Shown here piece by piece: positions 11,100 through 26,427 of a stretch of 64,000 nt of DNA. Made by a program: the position numbers and the translations under genes. Source of the stretch: Squalus acanthias (Eukaryota); the NCBI GenBank assembly GCA_030390025.1, contig CM059441.1, forward strand, positions 13,640,001-13,704,000. Direction: 5' to 3'. Below the pieces are notes generated by a model that made no database searches, had not been told where the DNA came from, and saw nothing but the letters and a program-made list of their open reading frames with translations. Numbering within the stretch: position 1 is the stretch's first letter; every line of letters starts with the position of its first letter.

Positions 11100-12067
11100 C
11101 TTTAAACATAAGGAAATCAACATAGTGCAAAAATAAAATTAAGTGTGAAGCTTGAATATGAGGTGGATTATGTACAGTACATCAAACAGTTCACAATCGC
11201 AGACGGTTTACACAGAATCAGTGGATAAAGCTATTCTGAGCTAAGAATACATTTGGCAGTATTGGTGGATGGACATTTAATACTCCTCTGTCCACATTTG
11301 AGGTAAATTCTGTTTGTTTATGGAAATTTATGTTTATGTAACACTGTATAATGTGGCAAACTCACTAACACTGCACTAAATCTTCCACTTCTGTGCTCCT
11401 GGTGGATGCTGGGAGGACACATCAGGAAATTGTGCCCATGATTTTGCATCCATTAATTTTAAGAAGAATTACATTTATGGTGACGTATTGCAATGTGGAA
11501 AGTGGTGGTGTTGCTGGTGACGGGCGGTGGGTATCCTGAGGGCAGCAGACAGCTCAGGGGAGTTGACGAGTTCTTCAGATCAGGAGGCCAAGTGGACCGC
11601 CTGATATTGTGGCAGCCCGGAACTGGCGGCCTGCATTGGTGGGGCTTGTACGGCAGAGATAGCCCACTGTTACGATGCAAATGAGGCCCGGCGTTCAAAA
11701 TGGACCAGGCCTCCTGCCACGACTACTGAGCGGCCGGTCGCACGTACTGCCTGCCAGCCACTGGAATTCCACTCGGGTGGTGGGGGGTGGCGGGGGGGGG
11801 GAATTCACCCCTGTATGAGCGTTTGTGACCAGACACGATAAAAGGGGACAATGTGTGGCGTTAAAGCATTACGTTTCCTCTGCTCATTGGGTCACTGAAA
11901 GTATTCCAATTTCATTTTTTTAAACTGCAAGAAAAAAAATCAATGTGCCAATGCAAACTGGGAAAGATCAATCCCAACATTCAGGGATTAACAGAGTTTC
12001 AACAGATTGCAATAGGTCCACCCACATCGTTTGATTCCATTCTCAAGTTTAAGGAATGGTTACTCAC

Positions 12068-12253
12068 GTGGTCTGCAGGTCGGTGGTGGTGGTACAAATG
12101 TGTTGTTCTCACTACATTCAATGACACTGTTGCCAACCATTTCATAACCTTCATTACAGCTGTAGGTGATCGTCTCCTGATGTTTGTATGTCGGTCCAAA
12201 TCCTGTGACTATGCGACCGTTTGTGAGCAGTTCAGGAGATGGACATCCAACAA
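12068..12253 (-). CDS. CCP exon type A (A4)
   Basis: 186 nt, open, ag/gtgagt. Confidence 0.9.
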
Positions 12254-13084
12254 CTGACAAGAGAGCAATGCTTTAGTCTCCACTAAGAAACTAACTGTAC
12301 TTATGATACTGAATGAAAGTCTATCGGGCCCACTGCACCTGTTCCCATCTTCATCGAAATAACATTATGCTTGTTCAGGCATCATTAAAAAACAATTAGT
12401 AAATGTCTGACTTCACTGCATTATCAACTAAATTGTACCAAATGTTTATCATATTTTGAATTACAGGCCCCAAGCTCTCAAATTCCCTCCCTAAACCTCC
12501 CCCACTCTATTCTCCGTAAAGACGCTCATTAAGTCTACCTCTTTAACCAAGCTTTTACTCACCTGTCCTAATATCTCCTTATGTGGCTCGATGACTTGCT
12601 AATAGAACTTGAGAGGGGTGGGGGGGGAGGAAAATCTTTTTAAAATTATTAATTTTCTTTAAAGTTTAGTGCAAGTGATTGAGAGAGTATGAGGTGATAC
12701 CAAAGTAGTGGGGTGGGGGGGGTGCATAGGGGATGATATTAGGGTTCCACAGTAAAGGGCAGAGAAGGAGGCAGTGTAGTGGGACCAGTGGAGAACAGGT
12801 GAGAAGCAGAGTGGGGGGAGAAAGAGTTTGTGCCCACAAGATTAAGACATGATAAGAGGGGCCAATGTATGGCATTAAAACAGGAAGTTTCCTCTGCTCA
12901 ATGGGTCACTGAACATATTCCGATTTCATTTTTTACAACTGCAAGAAAATAATCAATGTGCCAATGCAAACTGGGAAATGTCAATCCCAACATTCAGGCG
13001 TTAACTTAGTTTCAACAGATTGCAAAAAGCTCCACCCACATCATTTGTTCCATTCATTCTCCAGTTAAAGGAATGTTTACTCAC

Positions 13085-13270
13085 GTGGTCTGCAGGTTGG
13101 TGGTGGTGGTACAAATGTGTTGTTCTCACTACATTCAATGACACTATTGCCAACCATTTCATAACCTTCATTACAGCTGTAGGTGATCGTCTCCTGATGT
13201 TTGTATGTCGGTCCAAATCCTGTGACTATGCGACCATTTGCGAGCAGTTCAGGAGATTGACATCCAACAA
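13085..13270 (-). CDS. CCP exon type A (A5)
   Basis: 186 nt, open, ag/gtgagt. Confidence 0.9.
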
Positions 13271-14645
13271 CTGACAAAAGAGCAAAGTTTTAATCTCCAT
13301 TAAACAATTAACTGTACTTATGATGCTGATTGAAAGTCCATTTGGCCCACGACTCATGTCCCCAACTTCATTCAAATATCATTATGCTTGTTAAGGCATC
13401 ATTAAAAAACAATTAGTAAATGTCTGACTTCACTGCATTATCAACTAAATTGTACCAAATGTTTATCATATTTTAAATTAAAGGCTCCAAGGTCTCAATT
13501 TCCCTCCCTAAACCTCCCCCACTCTATTCTCCCTCAAGACGCTCATTAAGTCTACCTCTTTGACCAAGTTTTCGCTAACTTGTCCTAATATCTCCTCATA
13601 TGGCTCGATGACTTGCCAGGAGAACTTGAGGGGGGTGGAGGAAATTGTTTTTCAGAGGATTAATTTTCTTTAAAGTTTCGTGTAGGTGATTGAGAGAGTA
13701 TGAGATGACACCAAGGTGGGGGGGGTGGGGTGAGCATAGTGGATGATATTAGGGTTGCGCAGTAAGGGGCAGAGAAGGAGGCAGTGTAGTGGGACCAGTG
13801 GAGAACAGGTGAGAAGCGGAGTGGGGTGTGGGGGGGAGAAAGGGTGATGACCAAGAGAGAATACAGTCAGTTTCCCACTGCTGAGAAACTGGCAAAAATA
13901 ATTAAGTAGCCAACAAGGCCCATCCCTCATTTATGAAACCAGTGGCCCAATTCTCTTCATCGCCTGTCGTGATCTTCCATTGCCCCACTTGGTCTTCCAT
14001 TGCTCCCCTTCTCTTCGTCACTTCGTGCCTTGCACCAACCGGCAGACCGCACAACAACATCGCCCTATTCTGAGTCACCTTTTCCCCAGCCTGCTTCTCC
14101 TGCCTGTTTTTTTACTACTCCTGTTCTACCTCATTCCTCCATCCATACTGCTCCCACTTTTCGTTCGGCTGGCACTTCCCACCCTCTCCTTACCGCCACT
14201 CTCCGCTCACTGTCGCTTGCACTTTTCCGTTACATGTCACCACCACCTCCTAGATCTCCAACGGCTCAACGTCACAAAACTACCACATCCTGTCTGCTAA
14301 AAATCTACTAAAACTACCACCTCCTAAACTTCCCAGCACAACTCTGCCCCTTGCTCCAACACTAGCATTAGCAATAAATGGCTTGTAGAAGGAGCAGGAT
14401 TAATTTGATGAACAGCCATTTTTCATTTCACACACTATGTTCATTTAACATGCAATGTTGAATCAAAACATTGAATAACTGTTTCCTCCCATGCCAATGT
14501 CAGGTTACCCCCTATTTTCTTAATGGAGAGGGGCTAGGAGCTGTGGAGGAGCGAAGGGATTAACGTTCCCCCTGCATTTGGTCATGACAGCGACGGCCAA
14601 ATCCCATAAATGAATTTTAAAAAAGTTTAAGAAATGTTTCCTCAC

Positions 14646-14831
14646 GTGGTCTGCAGGTTGGTGGTGGTGGTACAAATGTGTTGTTCTCACTACATTCAAT
14701 GACATTGTTGCCAACCATTTCATAACCTTCATTACAGCTGTAGGTGATCGTCTCCCAATGTTTGTATGTCGGTCCAAATCCTGTGACTATGCGACCATTT
14801 GCGAGCAGTTCAGGAGATTGACATTCAACAA
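14646..14831 (-). CDS. CCP exon type A (A6, VEC variant, donor gtgagg)
   Basis: 186 nt, open; Q->W change (HWET). Confidence 0.85.
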
Positions 14832-16473
14832 CTGACAAGAGAGCAATGCTTTAGTCTCCATTAAACAATTAACTGTACTTATGATGCTGAATGAAAGTCT
14901 ATCGGGCCCACTGCGCCTGTTCCCAACTTCATCGAAATAACATTATGCTTGTTAAGGTATCATTAAAAAACCAATTCGTAAATGTCTGACTTCACTGCAT
15001 TATCAACTAAATTGTTCCAAATATTTATCATATTTTGAATTATAGGCCCCCAAGCCCACGGCTCAACTACACAAAACTACCACATCCTGTCTGCTAAAAA
15101 TCTACTAAAACTACCACCTCCTAAACTTCCCACCACAACTCTGTTCCTAGCTCCAACACTACCATTAGCAATATGGCAGCTGATTAATGGCTTGTAGAAG
15201 GAGCAGGATTGATTTGATGTGTAGCCATTTTTCATTACACACACTATGGTCCTTTAACATGCAATGTTGAATCAAAACATTGAATAACTGTTTCTTCCCA
15301 TGCCAATGTTAGGTTTCCAACTATTTTCTTACAGGTGAGAGGCTAGGTGTTGTGGAGGAGTGAAGGGTTTAAGGTGTCCAAGTACATAGATCACTAAAAA
15401 CAGCACAGGTACAAAAGGTAAACAAAAAGGTTAATGAAATGTTGGCCTTTTTTTGAAGGGGATTGGAATTCAAAAGTGAGGACGTGATGCTTCAATTTGT
15501 CAGATCCCTGGTCAACCCTCACTGGAGCACTGCGTTCAGTATTGGGCACTGAACCTCTGTAAAGATATATTGGCCTTGGATGGGATATGGTGCAGATTCA
15601 CCAGAATGATACCAGGGCCTAAAGCATTAAATTAAGAAGATAGGTTGCATAAATGTTGCCTATATTCCCTTAAGTTTAGTAGGTTGAGGGGTGATCTAAT
15701 TGAGGTATTTTAAATGATTTAGGGATTCGATTGCGGAGATATAGAGAAATTATTTCCCGTGGTGGAGGAATCTAAACAACGGGCGCATCATCGTAAAATT
15801 AGAGCTAGGCCACTTAGGAATGAAATGAGGAAGCACTTTTGCCACAGAAATAGTAATGGCAATCTGGAACGAAGCCCGAAATGTGTTTTTGTGACCACAA
15901 AATTAAGACATGATAAGAGGAACAAGTGTATGGCATTAAAGCATTCAGCTTCCTCTGCTCATTGGCTCACTGAAAAATATTCCCATTTATTTTTTTTTAA
16001 AAACAGCAAGAAAAAAAATCAATATTGCAATGCCAAATGGGAAACATCAATCCCAACATTCAGATATTTACATAGTTTCAACAGATTTGCAAAATGTTCC
16101 CCCTACATCTTTTGATTCCATTCTTAGGTTTCTTCAACAGCACCTCCCAAACCCACAAACCCTACCACCTAGAAAGACAAGGGCAGCAGCCGCATAGGAG
16201 CACCATCGACTCCACACTGCCCTCCAAGTCACACACCACCCTGACTTGGAAATATGTCGCTGTTCCTTTATCATCGCTGGGTCAAAATCCTGGAACTCCC
16301 TCCCTAACAGCATTGTGGGAGTACCTTCACCACATGGACTGCAGCGGTTCAAGAAAGCAGCTCACCACCACCTGCTCAAGGGAAATTAGGGGTGGGCAAT
16401 AAATGCTGGTCTTGACAGCGACGGCCACACCCCATAAACGAAGAAGAAAAAAGTTTAAGAAACGTTTACTCAC

Positions 16474-16659
16474 ATGGTCTGCAGGTTGGTGGTGGTGGTA
16501 CAAATGTGTTGTTCTCACTACATTCAATGACATTGTTGCCAACCATTTCATAACCTTCATTACAGCTGTAGGTGATCGTCTCCTGATGTTTGTATGTCGG
16601 TCCAAATCCTGTGACTATGTGGCCATTTGTGAGCAGTTCAGGAGATTGACATCCAACAA
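16474..16659 (-). CDS. CCP exon type A (A7)
   Basis: 186 nt, open, ends CCA T|gtgagt. Confidence 0.88.
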
Positions 16660-19374
16660 CTGACAAAAGAGCAATGTTTTAGTCTCCATTAAACAATTAA
16701 CTGTACTTATGATGCTGAATGAAAGTCTATCGGGCCCACTGCGCCTGTTCCCATCTTCATCGAAATAACATTATGCTTGTTAAGGCATCATTAAAAAACA
16801 ATTAGTAAATGTCTGACTTCACTGCATTATCAACTAAATTGTTCCAAATGTTTATCAAATTTTGAATTAAAGGCCCCAAGCTCTCAATTTCCCTCCCTAA
16901 ACCTCCCCCACTCTATTCTCTGTAAAGACGCTCATTAAATCTACCTCTTTGACCAAGCTTTTGCTCACCTGTCCTAATATCTCCTTATGTGGCTCGATGA
17001 CTTGCTAGTAGAACTTGAGGGGGGTGGAGGAAATTCTTTTTAAAATTATTGCTATTCTTTAAAGTTTAGTGTCGGTAATTGAGAGAGTATGAGATGATAC
17101 CAAGGTGCAGCGGTGGGGTGCATAGGGGATGATATTAGGGTTGCGCAGTAAGGGGCAGAGCAATGTTTTAGTCTCCATTAAACAATTAACTGTTCTTATG
17201 ATACTGATTGAAAGTCCATTTGGTCCATGACTCATGTTCCCAACTTCATAGAAATATTATCCTTGTTAATGCATCATTAAAAACCAATTAGTAAATCTAT
17301 AAAACTATACACGGTGGACGGGGGTGGGGATATAAACTAAAAACAAATCCTGAACTCGATTACAGAAGAAATAAATCAAGGGGAAAAAAGACCATCTTCT
17401 ACAGCAATTACTGACGATGCCACAGTGTTCAGCTCTATTCATAACTTCTCTGATGAAGAAGCAGCCCATCCCAGCCTACAACACTCCGACTTGAGCTGAC
17501 AAGTAGCAGGTAATATTCATGCCACATTAGTGCCCGGTAATGACTATCTCAAAAAGGAGAAAGCCCAGCCGCCTCCCCTTGACCTTCAATGACATTACAT
17601 TTGCTGACTCCCCCACCATCAACATCTTGAGGGTCACCATTGACCAGACGCTGAACTAGACCGGCTATATCAACACTGTGGCTACAAGAGCAGGGTAGAG
17701 ATTGGGTACTCTGCGGCACGTGGACTACTTCCTGCCACCTGAAAGCCTTTCCAACATCTACAAGGCACAAGTCAGCACTTTGATGGAATACTCACCACTC
17801 GCCTGGATGGGTGCAACCACAACAACATTCAAGAAGCTCAACAATATCCAGGACTTGATTGGTACACTTGCCACTGAACTCAATAACCACCCCCTCCATC
17901 ACCGAAATTTGCATATAAATCAGAACTGTTAGTAGAGTTGCTCAATGATACGACTGTGCCACACATGAATATTTAACATTAACTATTAATTACCTATGTT
18001 TCAGCATCCCAACTACTGTATGAGATGTAATCACCTGACTTTATTCCCACAGGAAGCTTGTGTTGCAGTTTTACACACTAGCAACTGGGTGAAAGGGAGG
18101 TTTCCAACCCTCTGGGAGGGGCCCGGAGACTCCAGGAATTAAAGATTAATCTCCTGGACACTGCAGCGAGCAACCCAGGAGGAAAATTACAGGGGCATTA
18201 AAAAAATAAGAGTATTTTGCTGCCATTCCACATTCCTAGTGCTCTCCATAGGGAGGTGTTGGACGTATCCCGATACTAGGTGGAAGATTATCACGAGATG
18301 GCCAGGGAAAAATTAAATTCAGTTCGAGATCTGAACAGACGGTAGATCAAAAGCTTCAGGGATTAATCTCAGTCAGGTCACGGGCACAGCACACTGATGA
18401 ACCAATACATGCAATTCAGAGCAGGGCATGGGCATTCTTCTCTCTGACGTTTCCTTTCTGCCCCCTCCCAATAATCCTCGCAACACCCTAATCAACTTAT
18501 CTCAGCTGCATTTTGTTTTTAGGTGAGCAGGTAAACAGAAAGAGAGATGAATACAGAGAAGCCAGGGTGAACCGTGAACACTGGAAGGTTAGTTGCTTCC
18601 CACTTAAGGTACAGCACACGTCACAGGATTGTAAAATCTGAAACACTAAATAAAAGGGAGGAGAATTACAAAGTATTTATAGGCCCTTCGGCCCAACAGG
18701 TCCATGCCGGTGTTTATGCTCTACACGAGTCTCCTCCCACCCTTCTTCATCTAACCCCATCAACATATCCTTCTATTCCTTTCTCCCTCATGTGTTTATC
18801 TAACTTCCCCTGCAATGCATCTATGCTATTCGCCTCAACTATGCCTTCGGGTAGCGAGTTCCACCTACTTATTTAAACAATAGCACAAATTAATTGGGAA
18901 TTAAGTTTTATTAATTAAGTAAACTTTGTTGACTAATTTCTTTCCCCAAACAAAAACATCCATCACTTTAGTTACAGCTCAATTTGGCAATTACAGCACA
19001 GCAACTGCACCAGATGCAAATTCCTGTGGAATTGATATTGAAAGTATTAATCCAAGTACCATTTACAGTTTGACTGAAAAAGCACATTTTAAAAACAAAA
19101 TCTACAATTGTTACTTTTCTTCCTTCATTAGTAATCAAACTATTTATCACCATGGGAATGGAAATCATTTAATAAATTGAAAAGAAAATGCCAAGCAGCC
19201 CATGAACCCTATTCCTTCTCCTGGCCATGTACAATCGCACCATTATAATTCTGACAACAATCATTCACTGTAATGCTAACTGGGGTACTTTATAAAACAT
19301 TATACAATATTTTAGAAGTTGACATAATTGTTTGGCACAGAAAGTGAAGCCAGACATTTGGAGCCCTAACTTAC

Positions 19375-19448
19375 ATTCACAGGTTGGGGCCTGGCCATCC
19401 CAGCCATCAGCTGTACACAACCGAGAGTTCCGACCCACCATCCGGTAC
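19375..19448 (-). CDS. Split CCP type C, second half (unit 2)
   Basis: Same as 7795-7868, offset 11580. Confidence 0.9.
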
Positions 19449-20066
19449 CTGGAGAAACAGAGACATGCCAGTAAGGGTCCTGGGTTACATTAGCACAGGG
19501 GCACATTGAAAATCAAGACATGTTATACTATTACTGGACGAAGTGTTGGTCGGAAATCATATGGAAGAGCAAATGTAATTCAGGTCAGCTCGTCTTAGGA
19601 AGGATATTGGTGCTTCTTGGTTCACAGAGCGGAATCACAGTTTTGAGGAACCAGCAGGCACAACCCTCCAATGTTGAACTCAAATTATGGATCTACAGAT
19701 CAATCATAAATTAAATATTGCAATTGTTCTCGAAGAACCAAAGTGACAGGAAGTTTGACCAGTGGGTGAAAGTTCACAGCATCAATAGCCCAGAATTTAG
19801 CACTAATTGGACAATTACATGACTGGTGAGAGTAGAATGTGTAAAACTACTACCCACAGTGTTACATTCAGTTACAAGCCTCACACAGTAACCACATGGA
19901 CTGCTGTCTTCAGAAATGTAAACAACAGGTAATGGTTGTCTTGTGTTGGGTAAGTGGCATTGTTGCACCAACATGGAGATGCTGTGGACTGCTGTCACCT
20001 CATTCACAACATTTTTAGAATAAACCTTCACCAAACTATTCAGCAATCTGAGTAAGGACAACTCAC

Positions 20067-20163
20067 CCTTCATTACAATAAAAAGTAACTTTGCTTCCAA
20101 ATGTAGTATTTGGTGCCCCATAATACCCATTCAGAATCTGTCTTGGATTACCACAGTTCAATG
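20067..20163 (-). CDS. Split CCP type C, first half (unit 2)
   Basis: LNCGNPRQILNGYYGAPNTTFGSKVTFYCNEG; splice sites intact. Confidence 0.9.
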
Positions 20164-22478
20164 CTAGATAGAAAAAATGGAAAAGGTAGAAATATTACAA
20201 AATACCAGGAGCTAAAGTGACTTTTTTTAATATATTTTTTTCAATGTAATTCACAGTATTTTGGAATTAATATATGAAACTGCTACCAACTTCACCTAAT
20301 TCTGGAATTCATTTTGAAAATGTTGGCAAAATATATACAAGATTCATTCAAAGGTGCAATACCCCTCATTAATAGGCCTCTGCCTTCAATCTCCCTCTGC
20401 ATGCATCTAGGAGAATCTTTACCAGCAGTCCAAAACACAAGGGCCGAGAAATTCAGTTGTGGAGCCTCTTATTCCTCCAACATGGCAGGCAGGAAGCATC
20501 TCAATGTGATCGGGCAACAAATCTCTCATCTTTGGAATTCTCTACCCCATAGGGCTCTGGATGCTGAGTCGTTGAGTATATTCAAGGCTGAGATTGATAG
20601 ATTTTTGGATTCCAGGGGAATCAAGGGATATGGGGGATCAGGCGGGAAAGTGGAGTGGATCAGCCATGATCTTGTTGAATAGCAGAACAGACTCGAGGGG
20701 CCGTATGGCCTACTCCTGCTCCTAATTCTTATGTTCTTATGTTCCCACTACATATAGCAACATTCTTGTCGGCCAATTCATAACCTGCATTCCAGCTGCA
20801 GCTGATCATCTCCAGGTATCTGATCCATCACACTAAGCAGATGAGAGATACCATCACGGGTATCCTGCTGCTGCTCCAGCATCTTTAGCTTGAAGACAGA
20901 CCTTCTCACCTTGTGCCTCAGTCCTGTGGTGTTTTAGGAAGTGTTCCTAAATGCCACTTTGGGTTTAACTTTCTCTATTAATAACACAAGGGAAATGTCC
21001 ACTCACTATTTCACCATGTATTCCAGATGAAAAGACAGTGTGTGCGTGTCTACAAAGTTAGAATGTGATATAAACTGGTACGTACAACATTACAGCTGTA
21101 AGGGTTCCCTTTGCACAATTGGTCATTAAAAAAGACTGAAATTGGAGGACTTTTAAAATGCTTTTGGAGTGAAAAGGAACAAGACAGAAATGGATATGTC
21201 AATGTCTACTGGGAAAAATCCAAGTCAACATTCAGATAATTTTTATATATTTAGAAAAGGTTTAACCCACATCTTTTTATTTCTCAAATTTAAGAAATCG
21301 TTACCCACATAGATTGCAATAGATGCCTGGTAAACCTGCAACACATGTTGGCATAGGAATAGAATATTACAGATGAGAGGACATATTGTAGTTCGTGCAC
21401 ATTAGTGACAGCATACTTGAAATATTGAATTAATTTTTATACCAACTAGCACACTATTGATGTTGGAGTGCCCCAAAGTTCCGTCTGATGCCCCTTTTTC
21501 TCATCAATACACTGTTCCTTGGTGACAACATTTGTAGGCATGGATTCAATTTCCACATGTATGCTAACAACATCCATTACTACTTCTCCACCAGCATGCT
21601 CGACTCCGCAATCACCACGGTTGTGCTCGGCTGCTTATCTGACATTAAGTCATAGTTAAGGAAGATCTTCCTTCAATTTATCTGCAAGACTGAAGCCATC
21701 CTGTTTGGCTCTTGCCAAAGAATCAGCACCTCACCTGAATTTCATTCTCCTCCCTGACTACCACTCTCTTATGCATCAGAAAGAGCACTTATTTCCACTT
21801 CAGTAACGTTACCTACTTCTACCTCAGCACCACCACCACTGAAATATTTCTCCAGGCTTTTGTCACCTCCTCAATATCGATTATTTCACTCAAGCTTGAT
21901 CAGCAAATTAATGCAACAGTTTCCTATGTGCTGCACTAACACAAGTAATTCAGTGGGGCACAGACACAGATCTAGTTGGATCTTAAAACGAGAAAGGAAG
22001 AGGAGGGAGGATGAGCATGATTTAACTATGGATCATTACCTATGGATTATGGTGACTATATTTAGCAATTCACACTCATTAATATATAGCAATTCAACTA
22101 TGGCTGAAAACATCCGATTATACTGTGCCAAATCACGATTTCTATTCTTTTAACAATGATATAAACGTAGTTGACATTTTCAGGGTTGTGTTTCAAAATA
22201 CAAACTTGTACCATTCTGTGAACAAATGGCAAAAATGTAGAATTTAAAAAAATTTTTTGGAAGTAAACCTCCCCATCAAGTTGGCTTCAGCATCTCTGAG
22301 CGAATGAAGAAAAAAAGGGGTTTCCACTCCTGATCACGAACCATTACTTCCAGCTTAAGGCTAAGATACTGAAGGTTGCTTGAGCTGAGAGAACTGCACT
22401 CCAGCACAAGTCACTTCCTTCAGGAGAGGATGGACAAAGTGAATTAATAGAGAAAATAAAGTTACCCTCATCACTTAC

Positions 22479-22670
22479 GTTCACAAATGGCCTGTAATGG
22501 TGTCCAAGTTGAATCAACCTGACAGGTAACAGAGGTTGAATTTTCATCTTTCAGTGTGTAGCCCGTATAACAACTGTAATTAACTTCAGTACCCACAACA
22601 AATGAGGTCCGAGAAATTAATTCCTCAGTTGGTGAGCCATTTTCCAATTGTGGAAGCTTGCCACAGGAAC
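22479..22670 (-). CDS. CCP exon type B (B2)
   Basis: 192 nt, same peptide as B1. Confidence 0.9.
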
Positions 22671-23649
22671 CTTTAAACATAAGGAAATCAACATAGTGCA
22701 AAAATAAAATTAAGTGTGAAGCTTGAATATGAGGTGGATTATGTACAGTACATCAAACAGTTCACAATCGCAGAGGGTTTACACAGAATCAGTGGATAAA
22801 GCTATTCTGAGCTAAGAATACATTTGGCAGTATTGGTGGATGGACGTTTAATACTCCTCTGTCTACATTTGAGGTAAATTCTGTTTGTTTATGGAAATTT
22901 ATGTTTATGTAACACTGTATAATGTGGCAAACTCACTAACACTACACTAAATCTTCCACTTCTGTGCTCCTGGTGGATGCTGGGAGGACACATCAGGAAA
23001 TTGTGCCCATGATTTTGCATCCATTAATTTTAAGAAGAATTACATTTATGGTGAAGTATTGCAATGTGGAAAGTGGTGGTGTTGCTGGTGACGGGCGGTG
23101 GGTATCCTGAGGGCACCAAAGGGGGGCAGACAGCTCAGGGGAGTTGACGAGTTCTTCAGCTCAGGAGGCCAAGTGGACCGCCTGATATTGTGGCAGCCCG
23201 GAACTGGCCGCCTGCATTGGTGGGGCTTGTACTACAGAGATAGCCCACTGTTACGATGCAAATGAGGCCCGGCGTTCAAAATTGGACCAGGGCCTCCTGC
23301 CACGACTACTGAGCGGCCGGTCGCACGTACTGCCTGCCAGCCACTGGAATTCCTCTCGGGTGGTGGGGGGTGACGGGGGGGGGAATTCACCCCTGTATGA
23401 GCGTTTGTGACCAGACACGATAAAAGGGGACAATGTGTGGCGTTAAAGCATTACGTTTCCTCTGCTCATTGGGTCACTGAAAGTATTCCAATTTCATTTT
23501 TTAAAACTGCAACAAAAAAAATCAATGTGCCAATGCAAACTGGGAAAGATCAATCCCAACATTCAGGGATTAACAGAGTTTCAACAGATTGCAATAGGTC
23601 CACCCACATCGTTTGATTCCATTCTCAAGTTTAAGGAATGGTTACTCAC

Positions 23650-23835
23650 GTGGTCTGCAGGTTGGTGGTGGTGGTACAAATGTGTTGTTCTCACTACATT
23701 CAATGACATTGTTGCCAACCATTTCATAACCTTCATTACAGCTGTAGGTGATCGTCTCCTGATGTTTGTATGTCGGTCCAAATCCTGTGACTATGTGGCC
23801 ATTTGTGAACAGTTCAGGAGATTGACATCCAACAA
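23650..23835 (-). CDS. CCP exon type A (A8)
   Basis: 186 nt, open. Confidence 0.9.
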
Positions 23836-24667
23836 CTGACAAGAGAGCAATGCTTTAGTCTCCACTAAGAAACTAACTGTACTTATGATACTGAATGAAA
23901 GTCTATCGGGCCCACTGCGCCTGTTCCCATCTTCATCGAAATAACATTATGCTTGTTCAGGCATCATTAAAAAACAATTAGTAAATGTCTGACTTCACTG
24001 CATTATCAACTAAATTGTACCAAATGTTTATCATATTTTGAATTACAGGCCCCAAGCTCTCAAATTCCCTCCCTAAACCTCCCCCACTCTATTCTCCGTA
24101 AAGACGCTCATTAAGTCTACCTCTTTAACCAAGCTTTTTACTCACTTGTCCTAATATCTCCTTATGTGGCTCGATGACTTGCTAATAGAACTTGAGGGGG
24201 GGGGGGAGGGGAGGAAAATCTTTTTAAAATTATTAATTTTCTTTAAAGTTTAGTGCAAGTGATTGAGAGAGTATGAGGTGATACCAAAGTGTTGGGGTGG
24301 GGGGGTGCATAGGGGATGATATTAGGGTTCCACAGTAAAGGGCAGAGAAGGAGGCAGTGTAGTGGGACCAGTGGAGAACAGGTGAGAAGCAGAGTGGGGG
24401 GAGAAAGGGTTTGTGCCCACAAGATTAAGACATGATAAGAGGGGCCAATGTATGGCATTAAAACAGGAAGTTTCCTCTGCTCAATGGGTCACTGAACATA
24501 TTCCGATTTCATTTTTTACAACTGCAAGAAAATAATCAATGTGCCAATGCAAACTGGGAAATGTCAATCCCAACATTCAGGCGTTAACTTAGTTTCAACA
24601 GATTGCAAAAAGCTCCACCCACATCATTTGTTCCATTCATTCTCCAGTTAAAGGAATGGTTACTCAC

Positions 24668-24853
24668 GTGGTCTGCAGGTTGGTGGTGGTGGTACAAATG
24701 TGTTGTTCTCACTACATTCAATGACATTGTTGCCAACCATTTCATAACCTTCATTACAGCTGTAGGTGATCGTCTCCTGATGTTTGTATGTCGGTCCAAA
24801 TCCTGTGACTATGCGACCATTTGCGAGCAGTTCAGGAGATTGACATCCAACAA
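24668..24853 (-). CDS. CCP exon type A (A9)
   Basis: 186 nt, open. Confidence 0.9.
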
Positions 24854-26241
24854 CTGACAAAAGAGCAAAGTTTTAGTCTCCATTAAACAATTAACTGTAC
24901 TTATGATGCTGATTGAAAGTCCATTTGGCCCACGACTCATGTCCCCAACTTCATTCAAATATCATTATGCTTGTTAAGGCATCATTAAAAAACAATTAGT
25001 AAATGTCTGACTTCACTGCATTATCAACTAAATTGTTCCAAATGTTTATCATATTTTGAATTAAAGGCTCCAAGGTCTCAAATTCCCTCCCTAAACCTCC
25101 CCCACTCTATTCTCCGTAAAGACGCTCATTAAATCTACCTCTTTGACCAAGCTTTTACTCACCTGTCCTAATATCTCCTTATGTGGCTCGATGACTTGCC
25201 AGGAGAACTTGAGGGGGGTGGAGGAAACTGTTTTTCAGAGGATTAATTTTCTTTAAAGTTTAGTGTAGGTGATTGAGAGAGTATGAGATGACACCAAGGT
25301 GGGGGGGTGGGGGGGGGGGGGGGGGGGTGAGCATAGTGGATGATATTAGGGTTGTGCAGTAAGGGGCAGAGAAGGAGGCAGTGTAGTGGGACCAGTGGAG
25401 AACAGGTGAGAAGCGGAGTGGGGTGTGGGGGGGAGAAAGGGTGATGACCAAGAGAGAATACAGTCAGTTTCCCACTGCTGAGAAATGGCAAAAATAATTA
25501 AGTAGCCAACAAGGCCCATCCCTCATTTATGAAACCAGTGGCCCAATTCTCTTCATCGCCTGTCGTGATCTTCCATTGCCCCACTTGGTCTTCCATTGCT
25601 CCCCTTCTCTTCGTCACTTCGTGCCTTGCACCAACCGGCAGACCGCACAACAACATCGCCCTATTCTGAGTCACCTTTTCCCCAGCCTGCTTCTCCTGCC
25701 TGTTTTTTTACTACTCCTGTTCTACCTCATTCCGCCATCCATACTGCTCCCACTTTTCGTTCGGCTGGCACTTCCCACCCGCTCCTTACCGCCACTCTCC
25801 GCTCACTGTCGCTTGCACTTTTCCGTTACATGTCACCACCACCTCCTAGATCTCCAACGGCTCAACGTCACAAAACTACCACATCCTGTCTGCTAAAAAT
25901 CCACTAAAACTACCACCTCCTAAACTTCCCAGCACAACTCTGCCCCTTGCTCCAACACTAGCATTAGCAATAAATGGCTTGTAGAAGGAGCAGGATTGAT
26001 TTGATGAATAGCCATTTTTCATTTCACACAATATGTTCCTTTAACATGCAATGTTGAATCAAAACATTGAATAACTGTTTCCTCCCATGCCAATGTCAGG
26101 TTACCCCCTATTTTCTTAATGGAGAGGGGCTAGGAGCTGTGGAGGAGCGAAGGGATTAACGTTCCCCCTGCATTTGGTCATGACAGCGACGGCCAAATCC
26201 CATAAATGAATTTTAAAAAAGTTTAAGAAATGTTTCCTCAC

Positions 26242-26427
26242 GTGGTCTGCAGGTTGGTGGTGGTGGTACAAATGTGTTGTTCTCACTACATTCAATGACA
26301 TTGTTGCCAACCATTTCATAACCTTCATTACAGCTGTAGGTGATCGTCTCCTGATGTTTGTATGTCAGTCCAAATCCTGTGGCTATGTGGCCATTTGTGA
26401 GCAGTTCAGGAGATTGACATTCAACAA
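26242..26427 (-). CDS. CCP exon type A (A10, VEC variant, donor gtgagg)
   Basis: 186 nt, open. Confidence 0.85.

Noticed and set aside
11540-11815. GC-rich intronic block ending ggaattcacccc
   Set aside because: Possibly an old MITE remnant, but no paired TIR or TSD can be identified.
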